A stretch of DNA of 39,671 nucleotides, taken from Alphaproteobacteria bacterium (lineage in GTDB: Bacteria; Pseudomonadota; Alphaproteobacteria; Caedimonadales; UBA9215). This document shows, piece after piece, positions 8,374-16,996 of the stretch. The notes below the pieces were generated by a model. That model did not search any database. It was not told where the DNA came from and was given only the letters and a program-made list of their open reading frames with translations. Position 1 is the first letter of the stretch. Each line of letters begins with the position of its first letter. The translations under genes and the position numbers were made by a program. The stretch is taken from the NCBI GenBank assembly GCA_024280495.1, contig JAJRPZ010000052.1, forward strand, positions 1 to 39,671, in the 5' to 3' direction.

Positions 8374-9765
8374 ATGACTTTGATTGATACGTCTTCTTTG
8401 AAAACAAAAAAAAGTCTCTCCAATGATGCTTTGCGTAAAATGAAACGTCATTCTATACGTGTGAAAAATCTTAGACGTGTCTTGCCTGCACTTTCTATTT
8501 TTCTCATTTTAGGTGTTATTCTCTGGATTAACTTGGATTCTTTTTTAGAAGAAAAAATTGAGGGTATTCCACAGACTGTTAAAAGAATAAGCGTTCTAAA
8601 CAAAGTAAAAAAACCACGTTTTCATATGACCGATAATGACGGAAATCCCATCCGCATTCAGGCAAAGTCTGGCACACAAAAAAGTGACACAAAGACTCAT
8701 CTGGTTGCGCCATCTGCTGATTTTGTTGGACCAGATGGCGAACAAATAACCTTAACGGCTAATAAGGCTTTTATTGATCAAGAAACTCAGAAGTTTGTTT
8801 ATGTGGGGGATGTGCGCTTTATTTCTGATCAAGGGTCTAATAAGGGTTTTGATGTACGAACAGACAAGATTACTGTGAATTTAAAAACTAAAAATATTTC
8901 AAGTGAGACACCGGTTATTGCTTTAGTATCCATGGGGCGCTTGACGTCGCCACAGGGTTTTTTCTTTAAGGGAAAGGATCAAGAATTAACGTTTATTGGT
9001 GAAACCCGCCTAATTATCTCCCGAGAAAAATATATTGAAACAGAAATTGTTGCTCAGGATGGCATTATTTGTCAGCTCAAGGATAAAATATGCAGGGCTA
9101 AGGGAGGGGTTGTGACCATCAGAAAATCACCAGGTGGCAGAACTAAAATGACCAGTGATTTTTTGCAGGCCTCTTTTAGTAAAGAATCTGGCACAACCGT
9201 ATTGGAAAATCTTATAGCAGAAAAAAATGTGAAAATAATACATGGAAAATTGGGTTTTAAAGCAGTGTCACAGTTTGCTCGTTATAATGTAGCCGAAGGA
9301 GGGACTCTTTTATTAACGGGAAAACCTATTTTGTCTCAAGGTGAAAATGTCCTTTATGTTGGGCGAGAACTCGTTATTAATGAACGGAATCTCACGGCAA
9401 AAACAAAAGGGCGTTCAACCCTCAAAATTATAGATAAATTATTGCAAGCCGATCACATGACTCTTTTTTTTAAAAAGAATTTGGAGGGACGTTTGAAAAT
9501 GGATCATTTGACAGTAAATAGCAATGTAAAACTTTCGACTCCCCATGAGTTTGTCACTGCCCAAAAAGGTGTGTACTATGCAGGCATAAAAGTGGCAGAA
9601 TTATTTGGTAAAGTGCATATTAAGCGAGACATCGGAATCGTTCAAGGTCAATATGCACGATTTGATATGGTCACTGGAGAGAGCCAATTGAAAAGCACCG
9701 TGAAAAAGACAGGGGTGAAAATGCCCCTTGATGAAAGAGTACATTTGGTTTTAGAGCCTTTATAG
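8374..9765 (+). CDS. Fused LPS export protein: LptC (TM + beta-jellyroll) followed by two LptA/OstA-like repeats
   Basis: N-terminus RHSIRVKNLRRVLP-TM...PRFHMTDNDGNP is LptC-like. C-terminal half has LptA-like strands (LIAEKNVKI, ARYN, LLLTGKPILSQGEN, AQKGVYY, AELFGKVHIKR, FDMVTG, RVHLVLEP). Lies between kdsD and lptB. Confidence 0.8.
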   Translation: MTLIDTSSLKTKKSLSNDALRKMKRHSIRVKNLRRVLPALSIFLILGVILWINLDSFLEEKIEGIPQTVKRISVLNKVKKPRFHMTDNDGNPIRIQAKSGTQKSDTKTHLVAPSADFVGPDGEQITLTANKAFIDQETQKFVYVGDVRFISDQGSNKGFDVRTDKITVNLKTKNISSETPVIALVSMGRLTSPQGFFFKGKDQELTFIGETRLIISREKYIETEIVAQDGIICQLKDKICRAKGGVVTIRKSPGGRTKMTSDFLQASFSKESGTTVLENLIAEKNVKIIHGKLGFKAVSQFARYNVAEGGTLLLTGKPILSQGENVLYVGRELVINERNLTAKTKGRSTLKIIDKLLQADHMTLFFKKNLEGRLKMDHLTVNSNVKLSTPHEFVTAQKGVYYAGIKVAELFGKVHIKRDIGIVQGQYARFDMVTGESQLKSTVKKTGVKMPLDERVHLVLEPL

Positions 9766-9864
9766 CTAATCATTTTTTGTTTACACTTTGTTGCTTCGCT
9801 CCTTGGCTATAAATATAGCCGTCGTCCCTTACGCCTCGTGTAAACAAAAAACTAATCAATTATA
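9761..9864. repeat. Palindromic intergenic element (RPE/MITE-like, family A)
   Basis: Perfect 14-bp inverted repeat TTTTTTGTTTACAC (9773-9786) / GTGTAAACAAAAAA (9838-9851); inner hairpin GGCTAT-AAAT-ATAGCC (9805-9820); TATA at both ends. Confidence 0.75.
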
Positions 9865-9896
9865 CAACCCAAAAGAATGATGAAAAAGTAGAGAAT

Positions 9897-10640
9897 ATGA
9901 AGAAAAAAATGGATTTTGATACAACCGTTGGGCTGACCGTTATAGGGGCAGCTAAAACCTATGGTAATAAACCAGTGGTTCGTAATATTAATTTGCATAT
10001 CCAGCGCGGTGAAGCCGTGGGTCTTTTGGGACCTAATGGTGCTGGAAAAACCACAACTTTTTCTATGATATCTGGTCTTATTTCGCCAACTCAAGGGCGT
10101 ATTTATTTGGATAATATGGATATTACCGATTTGCCCATGTATCGTCGAGCAAGGCTTGGTATTGGATATTTACCCCAAGAATCGTCTATTTTTAGAGGGA
10201 TGACCGTTGAAGAAAATTTAAGGGCTGTTCTTGAAATTTATGAGCCTGACCCCACAACCCGAGAAGACCGTCTTGAAAACCTTTTAGGTGAATTTTTGAT
10301 TGCGCATTTAAGATCTTCGCCAGCTATGACCTTGTCTGGAGGTGAACGCCGACGTGTTGAAATCGCAAGGGCTCTTGCAAGCCAACCTCATTTTATTTTA
10401 TTGGATGAACCTTTGGCGGGTATTGATCCCATTGCAGTCAAAGATATTCGTGAAATGATTTCACATCTTAAAGAACGTGATATAGGTGTGTTGATCACTG
10501 ATCATAACGTGCGTGAAACCCTTTCCATTGTGGATCGTGCATATATCATTAGCGAAGGTCAGGTTCTCATGGAAGGCACACCAGGGGACGTTATTGCCGA
10601 TGAAAATGTGAAACGCGTTTATTTAGGCGACACTTTTTAA
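9897..10640 (+). CDS. lptB: LPS export ABC transporter ATP-binding protein
   Basis: [71 protein letters not shown]. Confidence 0.97.
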   Translation: MKKKMDFDTTVGLTVIGAAKTYGNKPVVRNINLHIQRGEAVGLLGPNGAGKTTTFSMISGLISPTQGRIYLDNMDITDLPMYRRARLGIGYLPQESSIFRGMTVEENLRAVLEIYEPDPTTREDRLENLLGEFLIAHLRSSPAMTLSGGERRRVEIARALASQPHFILLDEPLAGIDPIAVKDIREMISHLKERDIGVLITDHNVRETLSIVDRAYIISEGQVLMEGTPGDVIADENVKRVYLGDTF

Positions 10641-10671
10641 TTAGGTAACTTTTGGGGCATGACTGTATGTT

Positions 10672-12363
10672 TCACTGGTTTACGGTGAAAGCGACGGCTT
10701 CTTCTAATTTTAGTTGATTGGTGATGTCATGATAGCTCATGAGATTAGAGCCATCGGGGAGGGGGATGTAAGAAAATTCAATGATTTTTCCGTCACTGCG
10801 GTGGATCTTTCGTGTCTTTTGTTGACGCTCATTTACTAATCCCATGACACGGTTTTTATATTCTTCCCAGTTATTAGTAGGAGAAATAAGATGTCGAACA
10901 TGCTCTGCCAAAGTAGAAATATGCTCGCCGCGCTTCATGATATCTTTAGGAATATTCCAAATATCGGAGAATGCTTGATTAGAGAATTGGAGACGATTAT
11001 CGCTACCAAAAACAGCGACGCCTTCAAAAAGATTGTCTAAGGTAGCACGATGCACGGCTAATTGAGTGTTGTATTTTGCTTCAAGTTTAAGGCGATCGGT
11101 GAGGTCTTCAAAAATATAAAAACTCCCTCCTCTGGGGTGGGGAGACGCAATGATTCTCATGGCACGACCATCGGGTAAATGATTAAGGGTTTCGTGGGGA
11201 GTTGTAATGTTTTTGACGAGGTTAATTTGTTCTTTTTTATAAGCATTGTAGTCTGCGTATTCTGTTAAAAGACGACGGCTACGTAAATTATCTAAAACTT
11301 CACCAAGGTGAGGGGCAGATAATAGCCAGTTTTCGTCAAAATCAAAAGTTCGAGCATAGGATTTATTGTAGTAGGACAATTTTTGTTCTTCATCATAAAT
11401 CGCAACCCCCGCAGAGAGAGATTCTAGAACTTCTCGATAAGAAAAAAGATGTTGACTTAATAGTTTTTCTTTTTCATGTAGGTTTGTTAAATCTTCACCG
11501 TAACCTAATGTGACTCTGCCTGGGAATGGAATTTCTTTAAAATGAAAAAGGTGTCGAGTTCCCTCAAAAACAACGGCTTTAGGTTGATTATCCCCCAAAA
11601 AAATACGATTTAAGGTGGTAAAGGTGAGGGGGGTATCTGAGTAGGAAGCACTTTTGAAGTTTCTTTGTTCAAAGAGTCTAGAACAGGCTGGATTGCAATA
11701 TAAAAGTTCGTGGTTCTCGCGAATCCAGAGAGGCCATGGAAGGTGATCAAAGGCTTGTTTATAAAGCTTAATAGAACTTGAAATCATTTTAGCTTCAAGT
11801 CGTAATGCCGCTTTTTCCGTTTCTTGCTTAGTTGTATCGTGGAGCATGATCACGGCCCACTTGCTGTTTCCTCTAAATGCATGGGCATTCAGTCGATAGG
11901 AATGATGCCCCTTTTTTGTGGTAAGAGTTAAACTAATGGGGCGTTTTTGTTGCTTTAAAGATTGGAAGGCAAAGCGAATTCCCCCATGCTCTGCTTCTTC
12001 AAAATGATTCATAAATTCATTGAAAGTTTTAAAACTAAGCTCCCGGAATTTAAGAATTTCCTTACGTTTAGTAAGATAAGAGAAAACTTTCTTTTCTTGG
12101 TGGAAAAAAGTTATAAAAACATTGCCTCGTTTGAGAGTGCGTAGGAGCTTTTTGTAAATAAAATTTGAATACAAAATATATCCTAGAAGTCCTAAGATCG
12201 TGATGCTTAAAAAACTAATGAGCATAAGGTGAGGTGGAAAGTCAAAGTAAGTCGAGAAAAACGCTGGCATTTTATACGAAGCCTTCCTGTTGTGGTCTGT
12301 TTTCCATGACTCTTTCTTAAGGGGACGTAATGGATTTGATTGATTATAGAATACATTATACAA
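10672..12363 (-). CDS. divL: Membrane-anchored multi-PAS protein, DivL-like, lacking the histidine-kinase domain
   Basis: N-terminal TM; PWPLWIR..LLYCNPA; TLDNLFEGVAVFGSDNRLQFSNQAF; PLPDGSNLMSYHDIT; ends before any DHp/CA domain. Start may be Met at 12270. Confidence 0.65.
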   Translation of the reverse strand: MYNVFYNQSNPLRPLKKESWKTDHNRKASYKMPAFFSTYFDFPPHLMLISFLSITILGLLGYILYSNFIYKKLLRTLKRGNVFITFFHQEKKVFSYLTKRKEILKFRELSFKTFNEFMNHFEEAEHGGIRFAFQSLKQQKRPISLTLTTKKGHHSYRLNAHAFRGNSKWAVIMLHDTTKQETEKAALRLEAKMISSSIKLYKQAFDHLPWPLWIRENHELLYCNPACSRLFEQRNFKSASYSDTPLTFTTLNRIFLGDNQPKAVVFEGTRHLFHFKEIPFPGRVTLGYGEDLTNLHEKEKLLSQHLFSYREVLESLSAGVAIYDEEQKLSYYNKSYARTFDFDENWLLSAPHLGEVLDNLRSRRLLTEYADYNAYKKEQINLVKNITTPHETLNHLPDGRAMRIIASPHPRGGSFYIFEDLTDRLKLEAKYNTQLAVHRATLDNLFEGVAVFGSDNRLQFSNQAFSDIWNIPKDIMKRGEHISTLAEHVRHLISPTNNWEEYKNRVMGLVNERQQKTRKIHRSDGKIIEFSYIPLPDGSNLMSYHDITNQLKLEEAVAFTVNQ

Positions 12364-12396
12364 TGATTATAACAAATATTTTTTTGCGAAGGTTTC

Positions 12397-13578
12397 ATGG
12401 TCGAGATTCAGGGTGGGAATATTAATCGAGATCAAAAGTCAAAAGGGACCATTGCCGTTGTGGCATCTGATCTCCGATCCTTAGTGCGCTCTCGCCTGGA
12501 TTTGCTTTTGCTTTTTCAAAAACAAGGTATTAAAATTAAAATTTTTGCCCCTTATGTGTCTTATAAGGATGCTTCCTATCAAAAAATTCTTCGAAAATAC
12601 AAAATTGATTTAATAAAACTCTCTCCTTTTTCTAAAAAAAGGGTGTTTGGTAAATATTTTACGGTTTTTAGATCTTTTTTTCGACTTATCAGGCTTTTTA
12701 AAAAAAATAAAATCACAGATGTTATTACGGTTCACGGAGCCTTAAGCCACTTTGGTATTTTAGCTGCTGCATGGGCTGGCATAGAGAAACGATTTTCCAT
12801 CTTAGGAAGTGCTGGATTGGTTGTGCCGCCAGATACGACATTGGGAAAAACAAAGAGCTGGTTTCATAAAAAAATGTTAAAGAGAATGGGGCATTTATCC
12901 ACAAAAATTTTAGTACAAAATCAAAAAGATGCAAAGTTATTAGTGAAGGGAAATCTGGTACCACAGGAGAAAATTGTGGTGGTAAAAGGTGCCGGCATTA
13001 ATTTGAAAAATTTTAAACAGGAACCTTTGAACCAAATAACGCCTTTAACTTTTTTGTATGTGGGACGTTTGAATCGTGAAAAGGGATTTGTGGAATTTTG
13101 TGAGGCAGTACAACTGGTGCGCAAAAAATATCCAGGGATGATTTTTAATGCCATTGGAGGACTTGCAAGGGTACCAGGTAAAAAGAAAGATTATTATCAA
13201 GAACTCGCCCTTGATTCTGGTGTGAATTATGTAGGTGACGTAGATGATGTCTTGCCTTATTTTAAGGCGTCACATGTTGTAGTTTTGCCGAGTTATGGTG
13301 AGGCAACACCAAAAGCTTTGTCAGAAGCCCTTGCTATTGGACGGCCTATTATTACAACTAATGTTTCAGGCTGTGAAGAAACGGTAACCCCTGAAAAAAA
13401 TGGTCTACTCGTACACACTCATGATCCCTGGGCCATTTCACAGGCCATGGTATATTTTATCGAGACCCCTGAAAAATTGCAAGAAATGGCAATGGCGAGC
13501 CGCCAGCTCGCCGAGGAAGAATTTGATGTTAAGGGTGTTAATACCCTTATTACGGATACTGTTTTCACTTATAGCTAA
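12397..13578 (+). CDS. GT4 glycosyltransferase (CapM/PglA-like)
   Basis: QNQKD, GAGINL, FLYVGRLNREKG, VVLPSYGEATPKALSEALAIGRPIITTNVSGC. Confidence 0.9.
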   Translation: MVEIQGGNINRDQKSKGTIAVVASDLRSLVRSRLDLLLLFQKQGIKIKIFAPYVSYKDASYQKILRKYKIDLIKLSPFSKKRVFGKYFTVFRSFFRLIRLFKKNKITDVITVHGALSHFGILAAAWAGIEKRFSILGSAGLVVPPDTTLGKTKSWFHKKMLKRMGHLSTKILVQNQKDAKLLVKGNLVPQEKIVVVKGAGINLKNFKQEPLNQITPLTFLYVGRLNREKGFVEFCEAVQLVRKKYPGMIFNAIGGLARVPGKKKDYYQELALDSGVNYVGDVDDVLPYFKASHVVVLPSYGEATPKALSEALAIGRPIITTNVSGCEETVTPEKNGLLVHTHDPWAISQAMVYFIETPEKLQEMAMASRQLAEEEFDVKGVNTLITDTVFTYS

Positions 13579-13651
13579 TCATAGTCATTGAAAAAAGGTT
13601 CCAGCCGCCGTTAATCACTTTCGCACCTATAAGTTATAGGCGTTGCTCCTT
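13570..13651 (+). repeat. Nested repeat: 13-nt family A end (TATAGCTAATCAT) + family B arm containing the palindrome CCTATAA-G-TTATAGG
   Basis: 13570-13582 is identical to 9761-9773; 13581-13651 matches 4643-4694 and the reverse complement of 26510-26580. Confidence 0.75.
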
Positions 13652-14151
13652 GGCTATGGTGCATAAATAAAACTTTGGCCGCGAAGGTGCAATTTCTTAA
13701 AAATATCAAATTGAACGGGTAGCATTAGATTTACCCAAACCATTCATGCGGTTCAATATTTGAACGGCGATCTGTGTTTCTTTAACCTGTCCTTTTGTAG
13801 TTCTTGCTTTGAGTTTGTTTCCTATAATTGCCTTATATCTATGCATTGTGTTCTCGACCTGGGCTCTTTTTCCATAGTCGTGATTGTTCTGCCAAGCCAA
13901 TATTTCCTTATCTTTAAAGTCCTTAAAGTTCTTTAAACGTTTTGGATTATCAGAGTCTTGGGCTTCTTGAAAGCCTGTGTTTGGCGGCAGAGCGCTTTAA
14001 TATCTTGCCCCTCTTATGATCCCGAAATGCCTTATATGTACTGGGAAAATCATACCCTCCATCCCCAAAAAAAGTATCAATGGGATGGTCAATATTCATA
14101 AATTGGAAAATAACACAATTGCCAAACTTTGACTATTTATGCACCACAGCC
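13652..14151 (-). mobile_element. Internally deleted IS5-family (IS903-group) element, 500 bp, both terminal inverted repeats present
   Basis: TIRs GGCT(A/G)TGGTGCATAAATA resemble the IS903 end GGCTTTGTTGAATAAAT; transposase remnants FGDGGYD and WQNNHDYGKRAQVENTMHRYKAIIG...LNRMNGLG. Confidence 0.88.
13706..14099 (-). pseudogene. IS5-family transposase fragment (C-terminal half, frameshifted)
   Basis: MNIDHPIDTFFGDGGYD (second Asp of DDE) and the YREK-type motif YGKRAQVENTMHRYK; N-terminal half deleted. Confidence 0.8.
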
Positions 14152-14271
14152 ATATGAGAGAGCCATGATGGATATTCCTTCTAGAAACGCCAAATATCTC
14201 AAATTTTCCAATGGACGTCGAAAGGAATTATGAGTAAAACATAAAGGTAACAGTTAAATAATGACTTTTAA

Positions 14272-15564
14272 ATGATCCATTTTCCGACCATATCTCCAAC
14301 GTCTCTTCGTCTGATCTTTGTATCTATTTTGCTTTTTTGTGCTTACAGTATTGGTCTTTGGGATTACGGTAATCAAAAATTAAATTCTTTTAATTTTTCA
14401 ACCCCACCAAGCATTTCACTCGATGCACCAACAGATACCATTGAAAGTTTGGAACCTGAATTTACAGACGAAACCCTTGAGGTGAAAAGCGGCGATAGTT
14501 TTTCATCAGTTTTGAACAGAGCTGGGCTCAGCAACAATCAAATATATGCTATTGTTAAAGTGTTAAGGCTTATTTTCAATCCCCGAGATCTTCGCACTGA
14601 TCATAAGCTTTTCATTAGTTATCGCACGAACCAAAAAGAAAAAAACGAGAAAGAAATTGACCGCCTCGTTATTCAACTTTCCATTGAAAAAGAAATAATT
14701 GTTGAACTTGGTGAAGATGGTCTTTTGAAAGCCAAACTTCATACTAAAAAATTAATTCATGATTATCGTCACGCCGAAGGCAAAATAAAAAACTCTCTTT
14801 ATGTTGATGCGGTTAGGCAAGGGGCTCATCCAAAAATTATCCATGATATGATTCAGGCCTTTTCCTATGATGTCGACTTTCAACGTTCTTTTCATTCAGG
14901 TGACAGTTATGTCCTCCTTTTTGATTTTCACAAGAACCCCAACACTCTTGAAGAAAAACCAGGTCATATTCTTTTTGCACGCCTTACTTTAAAGGGTGTT
15001 GATATTTCCATTTATCGTCATAAATCCAAAAATGGCGTTATTCAATATTACAATGAAAAAGGTGAAGCCGTTAAAAAAGGGCTTCTAATGACACCCGTTG
15101 ATGGTGCGCGCATTTCAGGGACCTTTGGGCGACGCAAACACCCTGTTTTGGGTTATACAAAGATGCATAAAGGTATTGATTTTGCTGCCCCTACAGGCAC
15201 TCCCATTATGGCGGCTGGTGCGGGTAAAATAATGAGAATAGGTCGCTTTAGTTCCTATGGAAATTACATTAAAATAAAACATAACTCGAAATATTCAACG
15301 GCCTATGCGCATATATCTCGTTTTGCAAAAGGCCTCAAAGTCGGAAGTTCCGTTCGTCAAGGTCAAGTCATAGCCTATGTTGGACGGACAGGACGAGCCA
15401 CAGGACCGCACCTGCATTATGAGCTTCTCGCCAATGGAAAGCAAATTAATCCGCGTCGCGTAAAAATGATGCCTGCAAGAAAACTTAAAGGAAAAGAACT
15501 TCAAACATTTTTGGCCAACAAAGATATTATAGATAAACGGCTTGAAAATTTACGTGCAGGATAA
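14272..15564 (+). CDS. M23 family peptidoglycan DD-metalloendopeptidase (MepM/Csd3-like)
   Basis: N-terminal TM; FSYDVDFQR; RKHPVLGYTKMHKGIDFAAP (HxxxD); ATGPHLHYE (HxH). Confidence 0.93.
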   Translation: MIHFPTISPTSLRLIFVSILLFCAYSIGLWDYGNQKLNSFNFSTPPSISLDAPTDTIESLEPEFTDETLEVKSGDSFSSVLNRAGLSNNQIYAIVKVLRLIFNPRDLRTDHKLFISYRTNQKEKNEKEIDRLVIQLSIEKEIIVELGEDGLLKAKLHTKKLIHDYRHAEGKIKNSLYVDAVRQGAHPKIIHDMIQAFSYDVDFQRSFHSGDSYVLLFDFHKNPNTLEEKPGHILFARLTLKGVDISIYRHKSKNGVIQYYNEKGEAVKKGLLMTPVDGARISGTFGRRKHPVLGYTKMHKGIDFAAPTGTPIMAAGAGKIMRIGRFSSYGNYIKIKHNSKYSTAYAHISRFAKGLKVGSSVRQGQVIAYVGRTGRATGPHLHYELLANGKQINPRRVKMMPARKLKGKELQTFLANKDIIDKRLENLRAG

Positions 15565-15720
15565 AGTGCCCTCCGTGGAAGTATGGTTTTTTAAGGAGTT
15601 GTTTTACGTAGAGATTTCATTAAATGGTTAATGCAGATTAAATCAGGGCCTGTTGCCAGCCTTGTCAAAAAGAGATATTATTATTCTTAAAATAATCGAG
15701 TTAAAAAGAAGGTGTTTCTT

Positions 15721-16020
15721 ATGGATATTATTTTAATTCCCCTTTTAAGTCTTATTAGTAGTGTTATCGGCCTGTACACATGGATTGTGATTATTCATGT
15801 TATTATGTCTTGGTTGGTAAGTTTTAATATTATCAATACTGGCAATCAATTTGTTGCTTTAATTAATAATTTTCTTTACGCAGCAACAGAGCCTGTTTTG
15901 CATCGCATTCGTCGAATTTTACCGAACATGAGTGGTTTGGACCTTTCTCCTTTGGTTCTTATTTTTTCATTGATGTTTTTGTCCAACGTTATGGCTAGAC
16001 TTATTGCTAAAATGATGTGA
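15721..16020 (+). CDS. yggT: YggT family membrane protein
   Basis: VIMSWLVSFNIIN, TEPVLHRIRRILP, GLDLSPLV; ATG 15721 preferred to GTG 15712. Confidence 0.92.
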   Translation: MDIILIPLLSLISSVIGLYTWIVIIHVIMSWLVSFNIINTGNQFVALINNFLYAATEPVLHRIRRILPNMSGLDLSPLVLIFSLMFLSNVMARLIAKMM

Positions 16021-16070
16021 AAATTCCCTTAGTTTTACTTTATTTGGAGACGCAGTTCTTTTTCAAAAAC

Positions 16071-16955
16071 ATGACTTTAAAAACAACTTTCCCCCTCTCT
16101 CAACGGGCTTTAATTATTGATGGTCGTTCTGCAGCTACTGACTTGAAAGCCATTCTTCAAAAGCGTGTGAACAAGCTCTACCGTGATCGAAAATTCAAAC
16201 CTGGACTTGCCGTTATTCGCATTGGGAATGATTCTGCTAGTGCCATATATGTGGCGTCCAAGATGAAACAATGTAAAGAACTAGGAATGCGCGGTTTTGA
16301 AATTGCCTTACCTACCAATATTTCCCTTAAAAAGATCTTATCTCGTATTCAAGACATTAATGAAGATCCTGAAATCCATGGGTTAGTTGTACAACTGCCC
16401 TTGCCAAAACTTTTAAATAAACAAAAGATTCTCTCTGCCATTGATCCCAAAAAAGATGTTGATGGGTTGCACCCTCAAAATTTAGGTCTTTTAGCAGCGG
16501 GAGCTTCCGATGGTTTTTCGCCTTGCACTCCCCTTGGTTGTTTACATCTCATTCATACCTTTCAACCGGACTTAAAAGGATTGCATGCCGTTATTGTAGG
16601 AGCTTCTAATCTAGTCGGGAAACCTATGGGGTTATTACTTTTGCAACAAGGATGTACGATTTCTATTTTAAATTCCAAAACCGTGACCCCTTCAGATATT
16701 GCACGAACAGCAGATATCCTCGTGGTGGCAACAGGTAAGGTTGGTCTTGTGACTAAGAAATGGATCAAACCAGGCGCCATAGTTATTGATGTCGGCATTA
16801 ATAAAGATGAAAAAACGGGATCCCTTAAAGGGGATGTTATATTCCATGACGTTTCAAAAGTTGCAGGAGCTATCACTCCAGTACCTGGGGGAGTTGGTCC
16901 TATGACCGTTGCCTATTTGCTTTCCAATGTTATCCGCGCTGCAGAATGTAGTTGA
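16071..16955 (+). CDS. folD: Bifunctional methylene-THF dehydrogenase/cyclohydrolase
   Basis: IIDG, PGLAVI, ASAIYV, VQLPLP, KDVDGLHP, PCTPLG, SNLVGKP, VIDVGIN, ITPVPGGVGPMT; ATG 16071 preferred. Confidence 0.96.
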   Translation: MTLKTTFPLSQRALIIDGRSAATDLKAILQKRVNKLYRDRKFKPGLAVIRIGNDSASAIYVASKMKQCKELGMRGFEIALPTNISLKKILSRIQDINEDPEIHGLVVQLPLPKLLNKQKILSAIDPKKDVDGLHPQNLGLLAAGASDGFSPCTPLGCLHLIHTFQPDLKGLHAVIVGASNLVGKPMGLLLLQQGCTISILNSKTVTPSDIARTADILVVATGKVGLVTKKWIKPGAIVIDVGINKDEKTGSLKGDVIFHDVSKVAGAITPVPGGVGPMTVAYLLSNVIRAAECS

Positions 16956-16996
16956 AACTGCCACAGCAATAACATCGATTTCATCATAATTTATTT

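Noticed and set aside
13581-13670. Palindromic repeats as a CRISPR array
   Set aside because: Copies are dispersed kilobases apart with no repeat-spacer periodicity, and no cas genes are present
14152-14166. ATATGAGAGAGCCAT beside IS copy 1 resembles the reverse end of repeat family C
   Set aside because: The match is about 10 nt with mismatches, too short to support
15615-15700. Cluster of TTAA words upstream of yggT as a CtrA box
   Set aside because: Spacings are 4, 6 and 10 rather than TTAA-N7-TTAA; only an ATGGTTAA half-site is present, which is weak evidence in AT-rich DNA
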